This document shows, in pieces, positions 49,318 to 61,961 of a stretch of DNA of 64,000 nucleotides (the stretch's first letter is position 1; every line of letters begins with the position of its first letter). This DNA is from an uncultured delta proteobacterium (GTDB taxonomy: Bacteria > Myxococcota_A > Polyangia > Fen-1088), in the NCBI GenBank assembly GCA_963755125.1, contig CAVWIP010000006.1, positions 1 to 64,000 on the forward strand, read 5' to 3'. Under the pieces are notes generated by a model that ran no database searches, had not been told where the DNA came from, and saw only the letters and a list, made by a program, of their open reading frames with translations. The position numbers were made by a program, and so were the translations under genes.

Positions 49318-51027
49318 GTGACGAGAGCGGAATCCCAACCTCAGCTCACCGTCGACACCATCCTGCAGGCAGGCCAGCTGGTAGATGGAAAGTACCGAGT
49401 CGAGCACCTGCTTGGGGAAGGCGGAATGGCCGTGGTGTGGGCGGGAACCAATGAACGAACGGGAAAGCAAGTCGCCCTGAAGGTCATTGCGCGGTCCTTG
49501 GCCACGACGCGCGTGGCACAAGGCCTTTTTCGCCGCGAAGTCTTGGCCGCGAGCCTGGTGAACCATCCCAATGTGGTGACGGTCTTCGACGTCATCGAAC
49601 ATGAGGGAATGGCGTGCATCGTGATGGAGCTGCTCGAGGGTGAGCCCCTCGGCAGCTACATAGCGCGCAGGGGATGTCTCGGGGTCAACGAGGCCGCGCT
49701 GCTGCTCTTGCCCGCTATGCGAGGGGTGGCTGCGGCGAATGCAGAGGGCGTGATCCATCGCGATCTCAAGCCGCAGAACATCTTCATTTGCATGGAGCCC
49801 GACGGGCGGATCGTGACCACCAAGGTCTTGGACTTCGGCATCTCGGTCATGGTGAAGGGAGGCCTGGAATTTTCGGCAGAGCCCACCTTGGCCATGGGAA
49901 CGCCCGCGTACATGTCTCCCGAACACATCCTAGGCGTGCCAGACATCGACGGACGCGCCGACGTGTACGGCTTCGGTTTGTTGCTGTACGAATCTTTGAC
50001 CGGAAAGATGGCGTTCCCGGAAGAGCCTGGCCCACTGCTCGTTGACTCCATTTTCCACGAGGCCCCAGTGCCCGTGACGGTGGCGCGTCCCGAATTGCCG
50101 GCTGGTTTGGTGCGCATTATCGAGAAGGCGATGGCCAAGGATCGCGACCAGCGCTATGCGGACGTGAACTTGCTGGTGATGGCCCTGGAAGACGAGCTGA
50201 TGCCTCCCACCCCGGCACCTCGTTTGCTCACGCCGCCGGCGGGAGTGCCGTCGCGTGCCGCGCACGATCGCCGGTCCGGGGCTCACACGGCCGCGGTGTG
50301 GGGCGTTCTCAACAAGGAGCCGTCTGGACAGCATCAGGGAAGACGGATTCCATTGGCATTTCCCCAGCAACGCGAGGGCAAGGACAACGCCGCCCGTGAA
50401 CGACTCAACGGTGGCAACGCTGGATCGAAAGCTGGGCGGGAAGAGGCAGCATCCCCCCTGCCAGTCACAGATCGCGCAACGGCTTTGGTGGCTCTGAGGG
50501 CTCCGCTGCGGAAGACGCGCTCTTCCGGTGTCGGGGCTCGCTCTGTCCTTCGAGGGTGGGGTGGCTTGGTGGGAGCGGGGCTCGCGGTCACGATGGGCTT
50601 CTTCGCGGTGTCAGTGGCCATGCGAGGCACCCGCACGGTGCAAACACACACGCCAACGCCTATCGCGAATGCTGCGCCGCCAGCCAGGGAACCCCTGGTG
50701 CAGCCGGTCGTCCCTGCGTCAAGCGCAACCGTCCAGCCGGTGGCGGTTCGGGCGTTTTCGACCATTTCACCATCACCCCCTGCTCCAAGCGTGCGCGCAA
50801 CGCACGGGCACACCGTGCGTCCTGTGCGTGATGCGCCCGTTGTAGCCGCTCCCAAGCGGCCACTCGTGGCGGCGCGAGAGACCTCGAACGATGTCCCGCC
50901 GCGACGGCAGGCTGTGCGCGGAGCCTCCGGCAGGGTTGAAGCGGCACAGGCGCCGCCATCGCTGCGGAGGGCTGGTTTCTCGGCGCCAGCGTTACGCGCC
51001 GGTGCTCTCTCCAGGGACGATTTCTAG
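49318..51027 (+). CDS. Membrane Ser/Thr protein kinase
   Basis: [34 protein letters not shown] then Pro/Ala-rich tail; start uncertain (49177 or 49318). Confidence 0.92.
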   Translation: MTRAESQPQLTVDTILQAGQLVDGKYRVEHLLGEGGMAVVWAGTNERTGKQVALKVIARSLATTRVAQGLFRREVLAASLVNHPNVVTVFDVIEHEGMACIVMELLEGEPLGSYIARRGCLGVNEAALLLLPAMRGVAAANAEGVIHRDLKPQNIFICMEPDGRIVTTKVLDFGISVMVKGGLEFSAEPTLAMGTPAYMSPEHILGVPDIDGRADVYGFGLLLYESLTGKMAFPEEPGPLLVDSIFHEAPVPVTVARPELPAGLVRIIEKAMAKDRDQRYADVNLLVMALEDELMPPTPAPRLLTPPAGVPSRAAHDRRSGAHTAAVWGVLNKEPSGQHQGRRIPLAFPQQREGKDNAARERLNGGNAGSKAGREEAASPLPVTDRATALVALRAPLRKTRSSGVGARSVLRGWGGLVGAGLAVTMGFFAVSVAMRGTRTVQTHTPTPIANAAPPAREPLVQPVVPASSATVQPVAVRAFSTISPSPPAPSVRATHGHTVRPVRDAPVVAAPKRPLVAARETSNDVPPRRQAVRGASGRVEAAQAPPSLRRAGFSAPALRAGALSRDDF

Positions 51028-51085
51028 AGCAGGATCCCTGAATCCGTCTGCGTCCCCGCCCTGGCCCCATGTTTTGAACCCGATG

Positions 51086-52003
51086 TCACGCTCGCACGCG
51101 CAGCGCGCCTGGCAGAAGCTGGAAACTGGCAGGCAGGTGACCGGGGGTCTCGCCATCGATCTCCAGCGTGATCTTCGCCTCGCGCTCAGCAGGCGCAACG
51201 TTCATCCGGCGGAGCCGCGTGCCCTGGACTTCTTTCATGGTCAGATGGTTGCCGCTGTACAGGCGGTGCATGTTGGCCATGGCCCCGATGCGGCTCAGGT
51301 CGCCGACGGTGACCAGATCGAAGAGGCCGTCGTCGAGCAAGGCCTCGGGGCAGATCTTCATGCCGCCGCCGAAGAAGCGCCCATTTCCAACCGCTGCCAT
51401 GACCAGGCGCATGCGCCGCTCAGGCCGGTCATCCAGCGAGAGCACGACATCGACGTTGTCGTAGGCGACCAGGGAACGGACAGTGGCCGAGAGAAAAGCG
51501 ACGCGGCCGCCCAGCCGCTTCGAGGACGCGTTCGCCTGCCGTGCCACATCGCTGGAAAAGCCGAACGAGACGACGTTGACGAAGTGGCGCGCGGCCTGGG
51601 AGCCGTCGTCGGCGATGAAGGACACGAAACCCGCGTCGATGGTACGGGCTGGCTTGTCGCGGATACGGCGGGCCGCCTCGCCCACGTCGTCGTCGAGATC
51701 CAGGCTGCGGCGGAAGTCGCCACCGGTGCCGCGCGGGATGATGCCCAGCTCGGACCGGCCGCCAGCAGCGAGAATGCCGTCGGCAACCTCGGAAACAGTC
51801 CCATCACCGCCCATGGCCACGATGAGGCCGCGCCCGGCCGTCGCCTCCTCGCGGGCGATGCGCCGGCCGTCGCCCTTGGCCTCGGTGAAACGCAGGTCGA
51901 CGGGGCCCAGGCCATCGGTGAGCGGGCCGACAAGAGCGGCCCAGCGTCGCTGGCTGAGCCCGCCCCCGGAGCGGGGATTGACGATCACGACCGGTCGTTG
52001 CAC
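51086..52003 (-). CDS. Diacylglycerol kinase family lipid kinase (YegS/DagK-like)
   Basis: [41 protein letters not shown]. Confidence 0.92.
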   Translation of the reverse strand: MQRPVVIVNPRSGGGLSQRRWAALVGPLTDGLGPVDLRFTEAKGDGRRIAREEATAGRGLIVAMGGDGTVSEVADGILAAGGRSELGIIPRGTGGDFRRSLDLDDDVGEAARRIRDKPARTIDAGFVSFIADDGSQAARHFVNVVSFGFSSDVARQANASSKRLGGRVAFLSATVRSLVAYDNVDVVLSLDDRPERRMRLVMAAVGNGRFFGGGMKICPEALLDDGLFDLVTVGDLSRIGAMANMHRLYSGNHLTMKEVQGTRLRRMNVAPAEREAKITLEIDGETPGHLPASFQLLPGALRVRA

Positions 52004-52087
52004 GCGGCAGCCAGGTTAGCACGAAGCGGGTGCGGCACGCGGCGCCGGGACTGGTCAGCCGGCAAAATCGAGTACACTACGCGCCCG

Positions 52088-53770
<1,683 letters not shown>

Positions 53771-53823
53771 GATGGTTTCCTCCCGCATTGCAGATGGGGC
53801 GTCTTCCCGGTACGCTATCTATA

Positions 53824-54027
53824 ATGATTCCCAACGTCGATTTTGAACGGGCCATTGCGCAATGGAAGATCCGCAGGCAGGGTGGCCAGGTGGCCACGCA
53901 GGCCGAGGAAGTTGCCTCGGGAGCCGTGGTGGGCGAGATGGCGCTCGCCAACGCCGAGCCGGGACTGCTCTCGGGCGAGATCGACAGCAGCGGTCCGACC
54001 CGGAACGACTTCGACCCCGAGAGCTAG
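53824..54027 (+). CDS. Small hypothetical protein
   Basis: MIPNVDFERAIAQWKIRRQGG..; TACGCT -10-like box 7 nt upstream. Confidence 0.5.
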   Translation: MIPNVDFERAIAQWKIRRQGGQVATQAEEVASGAVVGEMALANAEPGLLSGEIDSSGPTRNDFDPES

Positions 54028-54031
54028 TCGC

Positions 54032-54212
54032 GTGGGGGGCCGAAGGGCGAAACGAACTTTCCCAGGGTTCCCATGAACGCGTGGGCGAAGGCGGGCTAAG
54101 CCCGCCGGAGCCAGAGCGCGGGAGGGGTTGGCGAGGCCGAGCGAAGCGAGCGGGGAGGAGGTGGCGGGTGGGGGGGCCGAAGGGCGAAGCGAACCCTCCC
54201 AGGGTTCCCATG
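54032..54212 (+). repeat. Composite REP-like element between convergent genes
   Basis: ~44-bp direct repeats GTGGGGGGCCGAAGGGCGAA.CGAAC..TCCCAGGGTTCCCATG at 54032-54075 and 54168-54212; spacer shares GCTAAGC..CGCGGGAGGGGTTGG with copy A. Confidence 0.75.
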
Positions 54213-54758
54213 TTAGAAGTACGCCCGCACGCCCAGGCCGATGTCGATGGTGAAGTCCAGGGGCGGGAAGACCACCAGAGCGGGCGCGATCTCGAGATAG
54301 GCTTCAAGGAAGCTGGGGCGCCGGAATGTGACGGCGAGCCCGATGGGAACCCGGGCCAGGAGCACCAAGTCGTGGCCGAGGTCGTTGGACCCGTAGGCCC
54401 ACATGATCACCCGGCCGCCCAGGCCCGCATACCAGTCGAGACGGTTCGTCATGTTGACGATGTTCTCTTGGTACAGGTAGTCCGCGTGTACGCTGATGTC
54501 GTGATTGAGGCTGCCGCAACGGTAGGTCTGGCCGGCCGCATTGGTACACCAATCGTAGCCCCAGCCGCCGAACCCGAGCCCGAAGTCGAAGGCGTTGCTA
54601 CCTCCGGCAAAGAGCTTGGCGGTGATGGCCGTGGGCTCGCCGAGCTGGAAGCCAACGCCGAAGTTGCGCGAGGTCCCGACCTCGGTTGCCCGCGCGCGAC
54701 TTGCTCCGAGGAAGACGATTGCCGTAGCCGCCAACGTGAGAAGAATGGAACGCTTCAT
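54213..54758 (-). CDS. Small secreted outer-membrane beta-barrel-like protein
   Basis: Signal peptide ARA-T, FGVGFQLGEPT, C-terminal GLGVRAYF. Confidence 0.75.
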   Translation of the reverse strand: MKRSILLTLAATAIVFLGASRARATEVGTSRNFGVGFQLGEPTAITAKLFAGGSNAFDFGLGFGGWGYDWCTNAAGQTYRCGSLNHDISVHADYLYQENIVNMTNRLDWYAGLGGRVIMWAYGSNDLGHDLVLLARVPIGLAVTFRRPSFLEAYLEIAPALVVFPPLDFTIDIGLGVRAYF

Positions 54759-54839
54759 GGGCTACCATCCTAGTACGTCTTCGGACCGATCGATCCGTAG
54801 ATTTCTGACCTCGCCTCCGGTCAGTCGAGAGGATAAACC

Positions 54840-56981
54840 TTGGGCGTCTTGACCCGCCGCTCTGTTGTCGTGCTTGCACTGCTGCTCTCCCTGCTGGCCG
54901 GGAGCCCGGCAGCCTGCCGTCGTGGGGGGACGCGCTCGCCGGTCCGCGTGCCGGCGCCCGCTTCCGCGCCCGCGACTCCTGCGCCCGCGGCGCGCGCCGA
55001 GACACCAGCCCCGCCGAGCAAGCCTGATCCCGACGCTCTGCCTGAGGCCGCTTCGCCGGCCGAACGTCGTGCCATCCAGGTCGTGGCCGGGCAGGAGCGG
55101 GTGGTCGACGCCGAGCAAGCCGTGAAGCGCGGGTTGACTCTGGTGGATCTTTCCGACGGCTGGGCGCCCTACATTTTTCAGGACGGCAAGGCGGCCGATG
55201 GCGCGATCCTGCCCAATCGCTACCGGGCCGTTTTCGTCGGGCTGGCCAATGACCGCACGGACGGTGACGGCCAAGCTTTGCCACCCGGCGAACGCAACTA
55301 CCTCGAACTCTACGGTATCCCGCCTTCGCTCTCGGTGCTGCGCGCGCGCTTTCTCGCCGACGCTGCCCGCACCTGCGAGGCCGGCGTGGACAACGCGCGC
55401 CTTCTCGCGGTGGACAGCATCGAGACCTTCGGACACACCACCGAGAAGAAGGAAGCGACCAAGCACCGGCAGCGTGGACTGCGCCTGGAGGCCGCGCGGG
55501 CCAAGGCCGGCGCCGCCACCCTGGAGGCGCTGGCGGCCGCTGACCCTCGCTACGCGGGCGAGGTGAAGACCCACCAGCGGGTCGAGGCCGAGCGCGCCGC
55601 CTTCGCCGAGGTGGAGAAGCGCCTGGTTTGCGAGGGATTGATGGATGCGGCCAAGCACAAGCCGGGCGTGTACGACGCGCCCATGCGTTCTGCCGTGCTG
55701 GATTTTCAGCAGAAGAACGACGTCTTCGCCCAGGCCGACCTCACGCGCGCCACCCTGGAGGCCATGGCCCGGCCGCTTCTGGCCAACGACTTCGCAACCC
55801 TGCGCAGGGTTCTGGCCGAACGGGCCGCACACGCTGGCAACTTCGTCGAGGACGGCAGCGCCATCGGCGCTATGCCGCCCGCCAAGCACGGCAGGCCGCG
55901 TGCGCTTCCCAGCTATCGGACCGCCGACGGGAAAGTGGTGACCGTTCCGGACCTGGTGGGTCAAGCCACCGATGCCTTGATGGCGCGGCTGGGCCTGTCC
56001 TCGCCCGAGGAGGCGCTTGCCCTTTTTCGTCGCCACCCGGAAAGCGATTTTCTCTGGTTAAGGGCCGCTGTACGCTTTCCCGACCTGCCCGAGTACTACG
56101 GACCCAAGATGGACCTTGTCGCAGAGATCGACCGCGGCGACGTCTGGTACGATTTCCCCTTTGACAGCAAGGGCAACCGGGTGCCCCAGCCGCGCAATCG
56201 CTTTCCGACTTTCAACCTCTACGTGCGCTGGCGTGGAGACAAGGTTCCCCTGGTGAGCTGGCGCACCACCATCGGCGGCTGGCGCTCCGAGCTTGCCAGC
56301 GACGGCGAGGAGTACTACCGCTACAAAGGATCGGACGTGGGCAAGCGGGTGTGGCGGCACATCGTATCTGCGCCAGTGTGGCTGCCACCGCCTAGCTCGC
56401 CCCTGGCGTCGATGGTGAAGACCAAGTGGGTCGCAGGCGGATATCCTCGTGTGGTCAACTACGACGAGACCGGACCGGGATTCTTGTCGGCCTATGGCCT
56501 GGTGGCGGGCATCCACGTGCAGGCCAAGCAGCGCGGCGAAGGCGTCGCCTATTTCGACAACGGCATTCGCACCCACGGCTCGTCCGACTATCTGTCGTTG
56601 CGCGGCCGCTTCTCGCACGGCTGCCACCGCCTGTACAACAACCTGGCCGTGCGCCTGTTTTCGTTCGTGCTCAAGCACCGGCGTGCCAAGGTGCTCGGGC
56701 CCATGGCGCTGGGCTTCCGGCGCACCTTCTACTGGGACGGGGAGGTGTTCGAGATGCGCCTGCCCACGCGCGGCTTCTACTACGAGTTGGATCCACCTTT
56801 GCCGGTCGAGACGCTGAAGGGAAAGATCGTGGGGCACGCGCAGCAACCCATGACCGACTACGTCCGCAAACCCGGCGTGACCTACGCCAACAGCAATCTG
56901 CCGTCGGCGCCCACCGGGCCGGAGAGCAAGGCGGGTGGAGGCGGCCGAGCCGAACCCGGCCCAGAGGGCAAGGCACCATGA
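54840..56981 (+). CDS. L,D-transpeptidase (YkuD-like) with probable peptidoglycan-binding region
   Basis: Signal peptide; G.YD..MRSAVLDFQ; APVW.PP; THGS..SHGCHRL catalytic His/Cys. Confidence 0.8.
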   Translation: MGVLTRRSVVVLALLLSLLAGSPAACRRGGTRSPVRVPAPASAPATPAPAARAETPAPPSKPDPDALPEAASPAERRAIQVVAGQERVVDAEQAVKRGLTLVDLSDGWAPYIFQDGKAADGAILPNRYRAVFVGLANDRTDGDGQALPPGERNYLELYGIPPSLSVLRARFLADAARTCEAGVDNARLLAVDSIETFGHTTEKKEATKHRQRGLRLEAARAKAGAATLEALAAADPRYAGEVKTHQRVEAERAAFAEVEKRLVCEGLMDAAKHKPGVYDAPMRSAVLDFQQKNDVFAQADLTRATLEAMARPLLANDFATLRRVLAERAAHAGNFVEDGSAIGAMPPAKHGRPRALPSYRTADGKVVTVPDLVGQATDALMARLGLSSPEEALALFRRHPESDFLWLRAAVRFPDLPEYYGPKMDLVAEIDRGDVWYDFPFDSKGNRVPQPRNRFPTFNLYVRWRGDKVPLVSWRTTIGGWRSELASDGEEYYRYKGSDVGKRVWRHIVSAPVWLPPPSSPLASMVKTKWVAGGYPRVVNYDETGPGFLSAYGLVAGIHVQAKQRGEGVAYFDNGIRTHGSSDYLSLRGRFSHGCHRLYNNLAVRLFSFVLKHRRAKVLGPMALGFRRTFYWDGEVFEMRLPTRGFYYELDPPLPVETLKGKIVGHAQQPMTDYVRKPGVTYANSNLPSAPTGPESKAGGGGRAEPGPEGKAP

Positions 56982-57565
56982 GCGCTCGCGTGTTGTGCCC
57001 GACCTGCCTGGTATTGACCCTCGCGGTTGGTTGCCGCGGACCATCTGTAGACCACAGGCCAACACCCACAGCTGACACGGCTTCGACTGATCGAGTGGCG
57101 GCGCTGTCAAGAGACTCGTCGCTGCATGCGCCAGCGTCGTCTGCGCCGAAGCGTGAGTCGGCCGATACGATGCCCAAGGCTGCCCGTGCCGCAGCGCCTG
57201 CCAGCGAAAGTGCGAAGGCCGAAGACGACCTGCAGTCCGAGGAGCGAGAAGCGAACCCCTTGTCGGAAATGGTGACTCTGACCCTGTCCATCAGTCCGCC
57301 GGTCAAAGCGGTGGTCATGTGGGGCAGCAAGCAACTCGCTCGCATCGCGCCTGACAACCCGACCGTCGAGCTGCAGCGCCCGCGCAGTTCGGGCCCGCTC
57401 GATCTCGACATTCGCGCCGAGGGTTTTCTGCCGCACCACACGCGCCTGTATTCCGACCGCAACGACAAGGTGAATGTGCGCCTGGTGCGTCCGGCGGAAG
57501 CAACGGGCCTTCTCGGCTATCGCAGCTCGGGCGCGGCTGCGGCGGTCAAGGGCAAGACGAAGTAG
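56978..57565 (+). CDS. Hypothetical lipoprotein with PEGA-like C-terminus
   Basis: LAVGC lipobox; ATGA overlap with upstream stop; IRAEGF.P. Confidence 0.65.
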   Translation: MSARVLCPTCLVLTLAVGCRGPSVDHRPTPTADTASTDRVAALSRDSSLHAPASSAPKRESADTMPKAARAAAPASESAKAEDDLQSEEREANPLSEMVTLTLSISPPVKAVVMWGSKQLARIAPDNPTVELQRPRSSGPLDLDIRAEGFLPHHTRLYSDRNDKVNVRLVRPAEATGLLGYRSSGAAAAVKGKTK

Positions 57566-57584
57566 GCAATAGGTCAGATCACCG

Positions 57585-60212
57585 CTATCGTCGCCGACGG
57601 GGCGCGAGAGGCTTGCTGCTGCGCCGGCTGCCTGGGCGCGGCCGCTTGCTGCGCGGAGGCGCGGCGCTGCTGGGGCCGCTTGCCGGCGGCGTGGCCGGGA
57701 GCGGCGGTCGCACTTGGTTCTCTAGACCCTCGAGGCGTTCGCGCAAACGGGTCGATTCGCCGGCCAGTCGTTCCACCTCATCGGAAAGCTTGCGCAGCTT
57801 TTCCTCGGGTTTGCCCCTTTCGCGCAGCTCGCCGATGGCCTCGCGCATGCGCCGCTTGGCGCGTCCATCCAGTTCGGCGTGCAGGGCCGCCTCGATGGCG
57901 GGCACCGCGCGGGCGTCAGCTAGGGCAGCCAGCCCCGAGGCGGCATCCATGCGCACGCGGAAGTCAGGATCGCAAAGCCAGCCTTCGAGACATTCGCGGG
58001 CGTGACGCGCATGCAGGGTTCCCTCGGCCAGGCGGGCCAGGGCGCCCACGATGGCGCGGCGGGCGTAGATCGATGCGCCAGGCGCGAAAGCAGCCTCGAC
58101 CAGCGGCAGCGCCGCCTCATCTCCCGTGGCGCCCAGCCCATCGATGGCTCGGGCGCGAATCATATCCTGGAAGGAGTTGCGCGAGAGCAACCCGGAAAGC
58201 ACGGCGGCCGCACGAGGCGAGCGGGTGCGGCCCAGGGCCAGCGCGGCTGCGGCTTCCACGAAGCAGCTCGCATCGCCTCCAGCGACCCAGCCTTCGAGCA
58301 GTTCGGCCGCACGCTGATTGCCGGGCGCGTGGGTGACCACGAAATCGCCCAGCGCAGCGGCCACCGCGCGCCGCACGCGCGGATTTTCCTGCTCGCGTGC
58401 TTTCAGCAAAGCGTCGAGCGCGTCCTGCCGTCTGGTCTTGCCAAGTGCCGCGGCTGCAGCCGCGCGCACGGCCCAGAACGAGTCGCTTTCCAGCGCCGCG
58501 GCCAGGGCCGCAACCGTGGCCGGCTCGGGCAAGTCGGCGAGTGCACGCGCAGCCAGTACGCGATCGACGCCCAGGCGCGCGGCCTGCAGTTGTCTCTCCC
58601 ACAGGGCGCGCGGCTTCTTCAGCTTGATGCTCTTGAGCACCACGTCGCCGGGATCGAAGATGACCTGGGTGGGGCGTGCGGCCAAATGGAACTCGAAGGC
58701 GTGGCTGCGCTGGTCCACCTCTACGGTCTCCTCGCGCCGCACGCCCTCGACTTCGAAGAGCACCCGGGTGGTGAATCGCGGCGGGCGATCGCTGGATTGC
58801 TTCTGCTCCAGGCGAAGGGTGCCGGCCTTCTTGTCTGCGTCCCATTCCCAGGCGCCCTCCAACTCGGGGTGACCGGGGCTGCCCACCCACTGGTCGAAGA
58901 ACCAGTCCAGGTTGCGACTGGTCGCTTCCTCGACGGCACGGGCCAGGTCGCGCGTCTCCACTGAGCCGCGCGCGTGGCGCTCGCCGTACAGTCGCAGGGC
59001 GCGCCAGAAATTGTCCTCGCCCAGTTCGTGGCGAAGCATGTGCAGCACGCGACCGCCCTTTTCGTACAGGTGGCGATCGAATAGATCGATGGGTGCCTCG
59101 TATTGACGACAGACAAGCGGACGCTGATACGTGCCTGCCTCGCCCAGGTAGGCGTCGAGGTCTCCCAGCAGCTCCACGTCGGCCTCGTCGCGACCGCGCG
59201 TGTGTTCCCGCCACACGTATTCGAAATAGGTGGCGAAGCCTTCGTTCAGCCAAGCCTCGGGCCACTCGCGGCAGGTGAGCAGGTCGCCCCACCACTGGTG
59301 GGCCAGTTCGTGGGAAACCAAGCCTTCGACGTCGTGGTCCAGGGCTGCTCGCTGGTCGAGCATGGCTTCGGAGGTGAGGGTGGTGGCGGTGGTGTTCTCC
59401 ATGCCGCCGAAGATGAAGTCGTGCACGAAAACCTGGCTGTAGCGGCGGTGCGGGTAGGGGACGCCAATCCGCCGGGAGAAGAAGTCGATCATTTCGGGTG
59501 TGCGTCCCAGGCTGCGGCGCGTGTCCTCTTCGCGCCCCTTGGGTGCGTAGTAGTAGACGTCGACCCCAGTCTCCGGCGCGCGTTCTTTCAGTTCGGTGAA
59601 GGGGCCGCACACCAGGGTCACCAGATATGGCGAATGAGGCAGGTCGAGCACGTAGTGCCAGCGGGTGCGGCCGTCGGGCAGGTCGCTCTTGTCAGCGAGA
59701 TCGCCGTTGGAGAGGACGGTGACGCCGGCCGGGACGGTACAGAAGACCTCGCTGGAGGCCTTTTCGACCGGAAGATCGACGCAGGGCCAGTAGAAGCGCG
59801 AGTCGTCATCCTGACCCTGGCTCCAGCATTCCAGCGGGTGGTCGGGATGGGCCTGGTCGGGCCCGACGAAGTAGAGACCCCGGCGCGGCTTGCAGCGGTA
59901 GTCGACGACCAAGGTGAAGCGCGCGCCGCGCGTGAAGGCCCGGCCCAGTTCGATGCGCAGGCGCTCACCATCGTAATCGATTCCAGACACCGGCTTTCCG
60001 TCGACACTGACCTGCTCGATGGTCATGTCCACGGCGTTCAGTTCGACCTTGTCCAGCCCATCCTGGCGCGCCGTCAGGGATAGGCGCGATTGACCGTGCA
60101 GGGTGCGCGCAGCCATGTCTGGCTCGAAGCTGAGACGGACATGGCTGACGGCGACCGGGCGGTCGGGAACGTAGTGGGTGGCGGTGCCGGGGGGCGCGAA
60201 CGGTCTGGGCAT
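57585..60212 (-). CDS. M1 family aminopeptidase with HEAT repeats
   Basis: GGMEN, HELAHQWWG..WLNEGFA (HExxH-18-E), YEKG, HEAT repeats, coiled-coil tail. Confidence 0.93.
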   Translation of the reverse strand: MPRPFAPPGTATHYVPDRPVAVSHVRLSFEPDMAARTLHGQSRLSLTARQDGLDKVELNAVDMTIEQVSVDGKPVSGIDYDGERLRIELGRAFTRGARFTLVVDYRCKPRRGLYFVGPDQAHPDHPLECWSQGQDDDSRFYWPCVDLPVEKASSEVFCTVPAGVTVLSNGDLADKSDLPDGRTRWHYVLDLPHSPYLVTLVCGPFTELKERAPETGVDVYYYAPKGREEDTRRSLGRTPEMIDFFSRRIGVPYPHRRYSQVFVHDFIFGGMENTTATTLTSEAMLDQRAALDHDVEGLVSHELAHQWWGDLLTCREWPEAWLNEGFATYFEYVWREHTRGRDEADVELLGDLDAYLGEAGTYQRPLVCRQYEAPIDLFDRHLYEKGGRVLHMLRHELGEDNFWRALRLYGERHARGSVETRDLARAVEEATSRNLDWFFDQWVGSPGHPELEGAWEWDADKKAGTLRLEQKQSSDRPPRFTTRVLFEVEGVRREETVEVDQRSHAFEFHLAARPTQVIFDPGDVVLKSIKLKKPRALWERQLQAARLGVDRVLAARALADLPEPATVAALAAALESDSFWAVRAAAAAALGKTRRQDALDALLKAREQENPRVRRAVAAALGDFVVTHAPGNQRAAELLEGWVAGGDASCFVEAAAALALGRTRSPRAAAVLSGLLSRNSFQDMIRARAIDGLGATGDEAALPLVEAAFAPGASIYARRAIVGALARLAEGTLHARHARECLEGWLCDPDFRVRMDAASGLAALADARAVPAIEAALHAELDGRAKRRMREAIGELRERGKPEEKLRKLSDEVERLAGESTRLRERLEGLENQVRPPLPATPPASGPSSAAPPRSKRPRPGSRRSSKPLAPRRRR

Positions 60213-60294
60213 GGTGCAAGGGCCTCCGAAGAATCCCTGACGTTAGCGCGAAAGCGAGGGCATTCGCTACTCTGCCCTTGCTATATCTCGGTCC

Positions 60295-60750
60295 ATGGAT
60301 CCGAATTTGAAACCGGTTCGCCACAGCGCCCTCATGGCGGGCGTGACGCCAGCCGAGGTTCTTGCCGTGGTGGTGGATTTTCCCGCTTATCCGCGCCTGT
60401 TTCCCGAGATCAAGCAGGCATGCGTTCTGCGCAGCGAGGAGGGCAGGGTGCGTGTCGAGTTTCGTGGGAACCTGCTGCTGCCCTTTCGCTACGTGCTGGA
60501 CCTGGACTGCGACGCGCAGGCGGGAACCGTGAGCTGGACCTACGTCGAGGGCGAGGTGGTGAAGAACTCGACGGGAGGCTGGCGCTTTTCAGCCGAGGCT
60601 GGCGGAACGCGGGTGGACTACGAGGTGGCCCTGTGCATCGATGCGCCCCTGCCAGGCTTTCTGCTGCGCAAGATCACCGATGGCTTGGTGACTCTGTCGT
60701 TGCCCGCCATGTTCACTTCCATCGAGCGCGAAGTCGGGAGGAGGAGATAG
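60295..60750 (+). CDS. SRPBCC/polyketide cyclase family protein
   Basis: VVDFPAYPRLFPEI..GGWRF..TRVDYEV. Confidence 0.85.
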   Translation: MDPNLKPVRHSALMAGVTPAEVLAVVVDFPAYPRLFPEIKQACVLRSEEGRVRVEFRGNLLLPFRYVLDLDCDAQAGTVSWTYVEGEVVKNSTGGWRFSAEAGGTRVDYEVALCIDAPLPGFLLRKITDGLVTLSLPAMFTSIEREVGRRR

Positions 60751-60771
60751 GGGCGGCGTTGTCGGTGACGT

Positions 60772-61503
60772 TCATTCAGATCCGGTGAGTAGCAGGCGTT
60801 CGCGGTCGACATGAGCCACCATGCGCGCGAGGCGGCCGTCGACCTCGATGGCGGCGAGAAGGTCAGTGGCCACGCGCGTGTAGGTGGGTCGATCGATCTC
60901 GCCCAGCAGAAGCCGCGTGCGCAGAAACACGAACGCCGTCTGTGCCACGTCGGACAGGCAATACTGGCGCAGGATCTCGATCTGACCGGCGCGATACAGG
61001 CCCTCGACCTGGCTGCCGTCAAGGCCCTCTTCCTTGCCGGGCAGCCCGATGAGACGGGCCGCCCCGTGCAGGGAGCTCATGCGGGCAGCGCCAAAATCGG
61101 CGAGGAAGTCGCCCAGATCCCAATGCCCTTCGGCGCTGAATCGGTAGCGGAAGCCGGGCTCGCGGTAGTACCAGGGCAGGCTGATGCCGTAGCGGAGACT
61201 GCGCAGGATCAGCACAGGCAGATCGAAGCCGCGTCCGTTCCAGGTGACCAGGCGGGGTTTCCACTTGGCCATGAACTCGGCGAAATCGGCGAGCATGCCC
61301 GCCTCGTCCTTGGCCTCGCTGATGGTCCCCATCTTCTTGCACGCCATGTGCTCGTCCAGCCACATCACCCCGATGACCACGGGCTTGCAGGCGTAGAGCG
61401 GTGGGAAAGGACGTTCGGCACCGGGCGTGGGCTGTGGCGGCGTGTAGAGATCGCCGTCGGGGATGGTCTCGATGTCGAGCACGAGATGCGTCAGGGCTGA
61501 CAT
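60772..61503 (-). CDS. PolB-like 3'-5' exonuclease
   Basis: ExoI LDIET, ExoII WNGRGFDLP, ExoIII YCLSD. Confidence 0.88.
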   Translation of the reverse strand: MSALTHLVLDIETIPDGDLYTPPQPTPGAERPFPPLYACKPVVIGVMWLDEHMACKKMGTISEAKDEAGMLADFAEFMAKWKPRLVTWNGRGFDLPVLILRSLRYGISLPWYYREPGFRYRFSAEGHWDLGDFLADFGAARMSSLHGAARLIGLPGKEEGLDGSQVEGLYRAGQIEILRQYCLSDVAQTAFVFLRTRLLLGEIDRPTYTRVATDLLAAIEVDGRLARMVAHVDRERLLLTGSE

Positions 61504-61596
61504 GGCAGGCCACATTGTACCCAAGCTGGTTTACATCGGCCGTGGTTATCGATCGTGCATGCCGCATTCCAACCGACTACTGTCAAGAGAGAGGCC

Positions 61597-61959
61597 ATGG
61601 CGACACCGGACCCGGATGCAGAGCCAGAGACGCAAGGGGCAGGGGCGCCGCTGCATTCCCTGCGCCAGGTGCGCGCGGCTCAGCTCCGTGCGCGCGCGAC
61701 CCGCTGGGCTATCGGCAAGTCGGCGTTCGGGACCGTGTTCCTCATTGGCGCCTTGGCCTATGCTCTCGGGCCGGATCGGCAGCTGCCCTCGAGCCGACTG
61801 TGGATGGCGCTGCTGGTGGTGCTGTCGACCTTCAACGTGGGACTCGGGCTGCGCACCTTCTCGCGGGTGAGGCGCCGGGCCAGGCGCTTCTGGCTCGTCG
61901 CCACAATTCTCTGGGGCCTTCTGGCAACGGGTTTGTTGCGCATCCTGCTCGCGCGGTAG
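61597..61959 (+). CDS. Hypothetical three-TM protein
   Basis: GAGAGG RBS; three hydrophobic segments. Confidence 0.6.
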   Translation: MATPDPDAEPETQGAGAPLHSLRQVRAAQLRARATRWAIGKSAFGTVFLIGALAYALGPDRQLPSSRLWMALLVVLSTFNVGLGLRTFSRVRRRARRFWLVATILWGLLATGLLRILLAR

Positions 61960-61961
61960 GA

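Noticed and set aside
50891..52087. 400-aa N-terminal extension of EttA in the ORF track
   Set aside because: Antisense shadow of the lipid kinase; EttA similarity begins at ATG 52088
54032..54212. CRISPR mini-array
   Set aside because: Two imperfect ~44-bp repeats with a ~92-bp spacer that is itself repeat-derived; no cas genes
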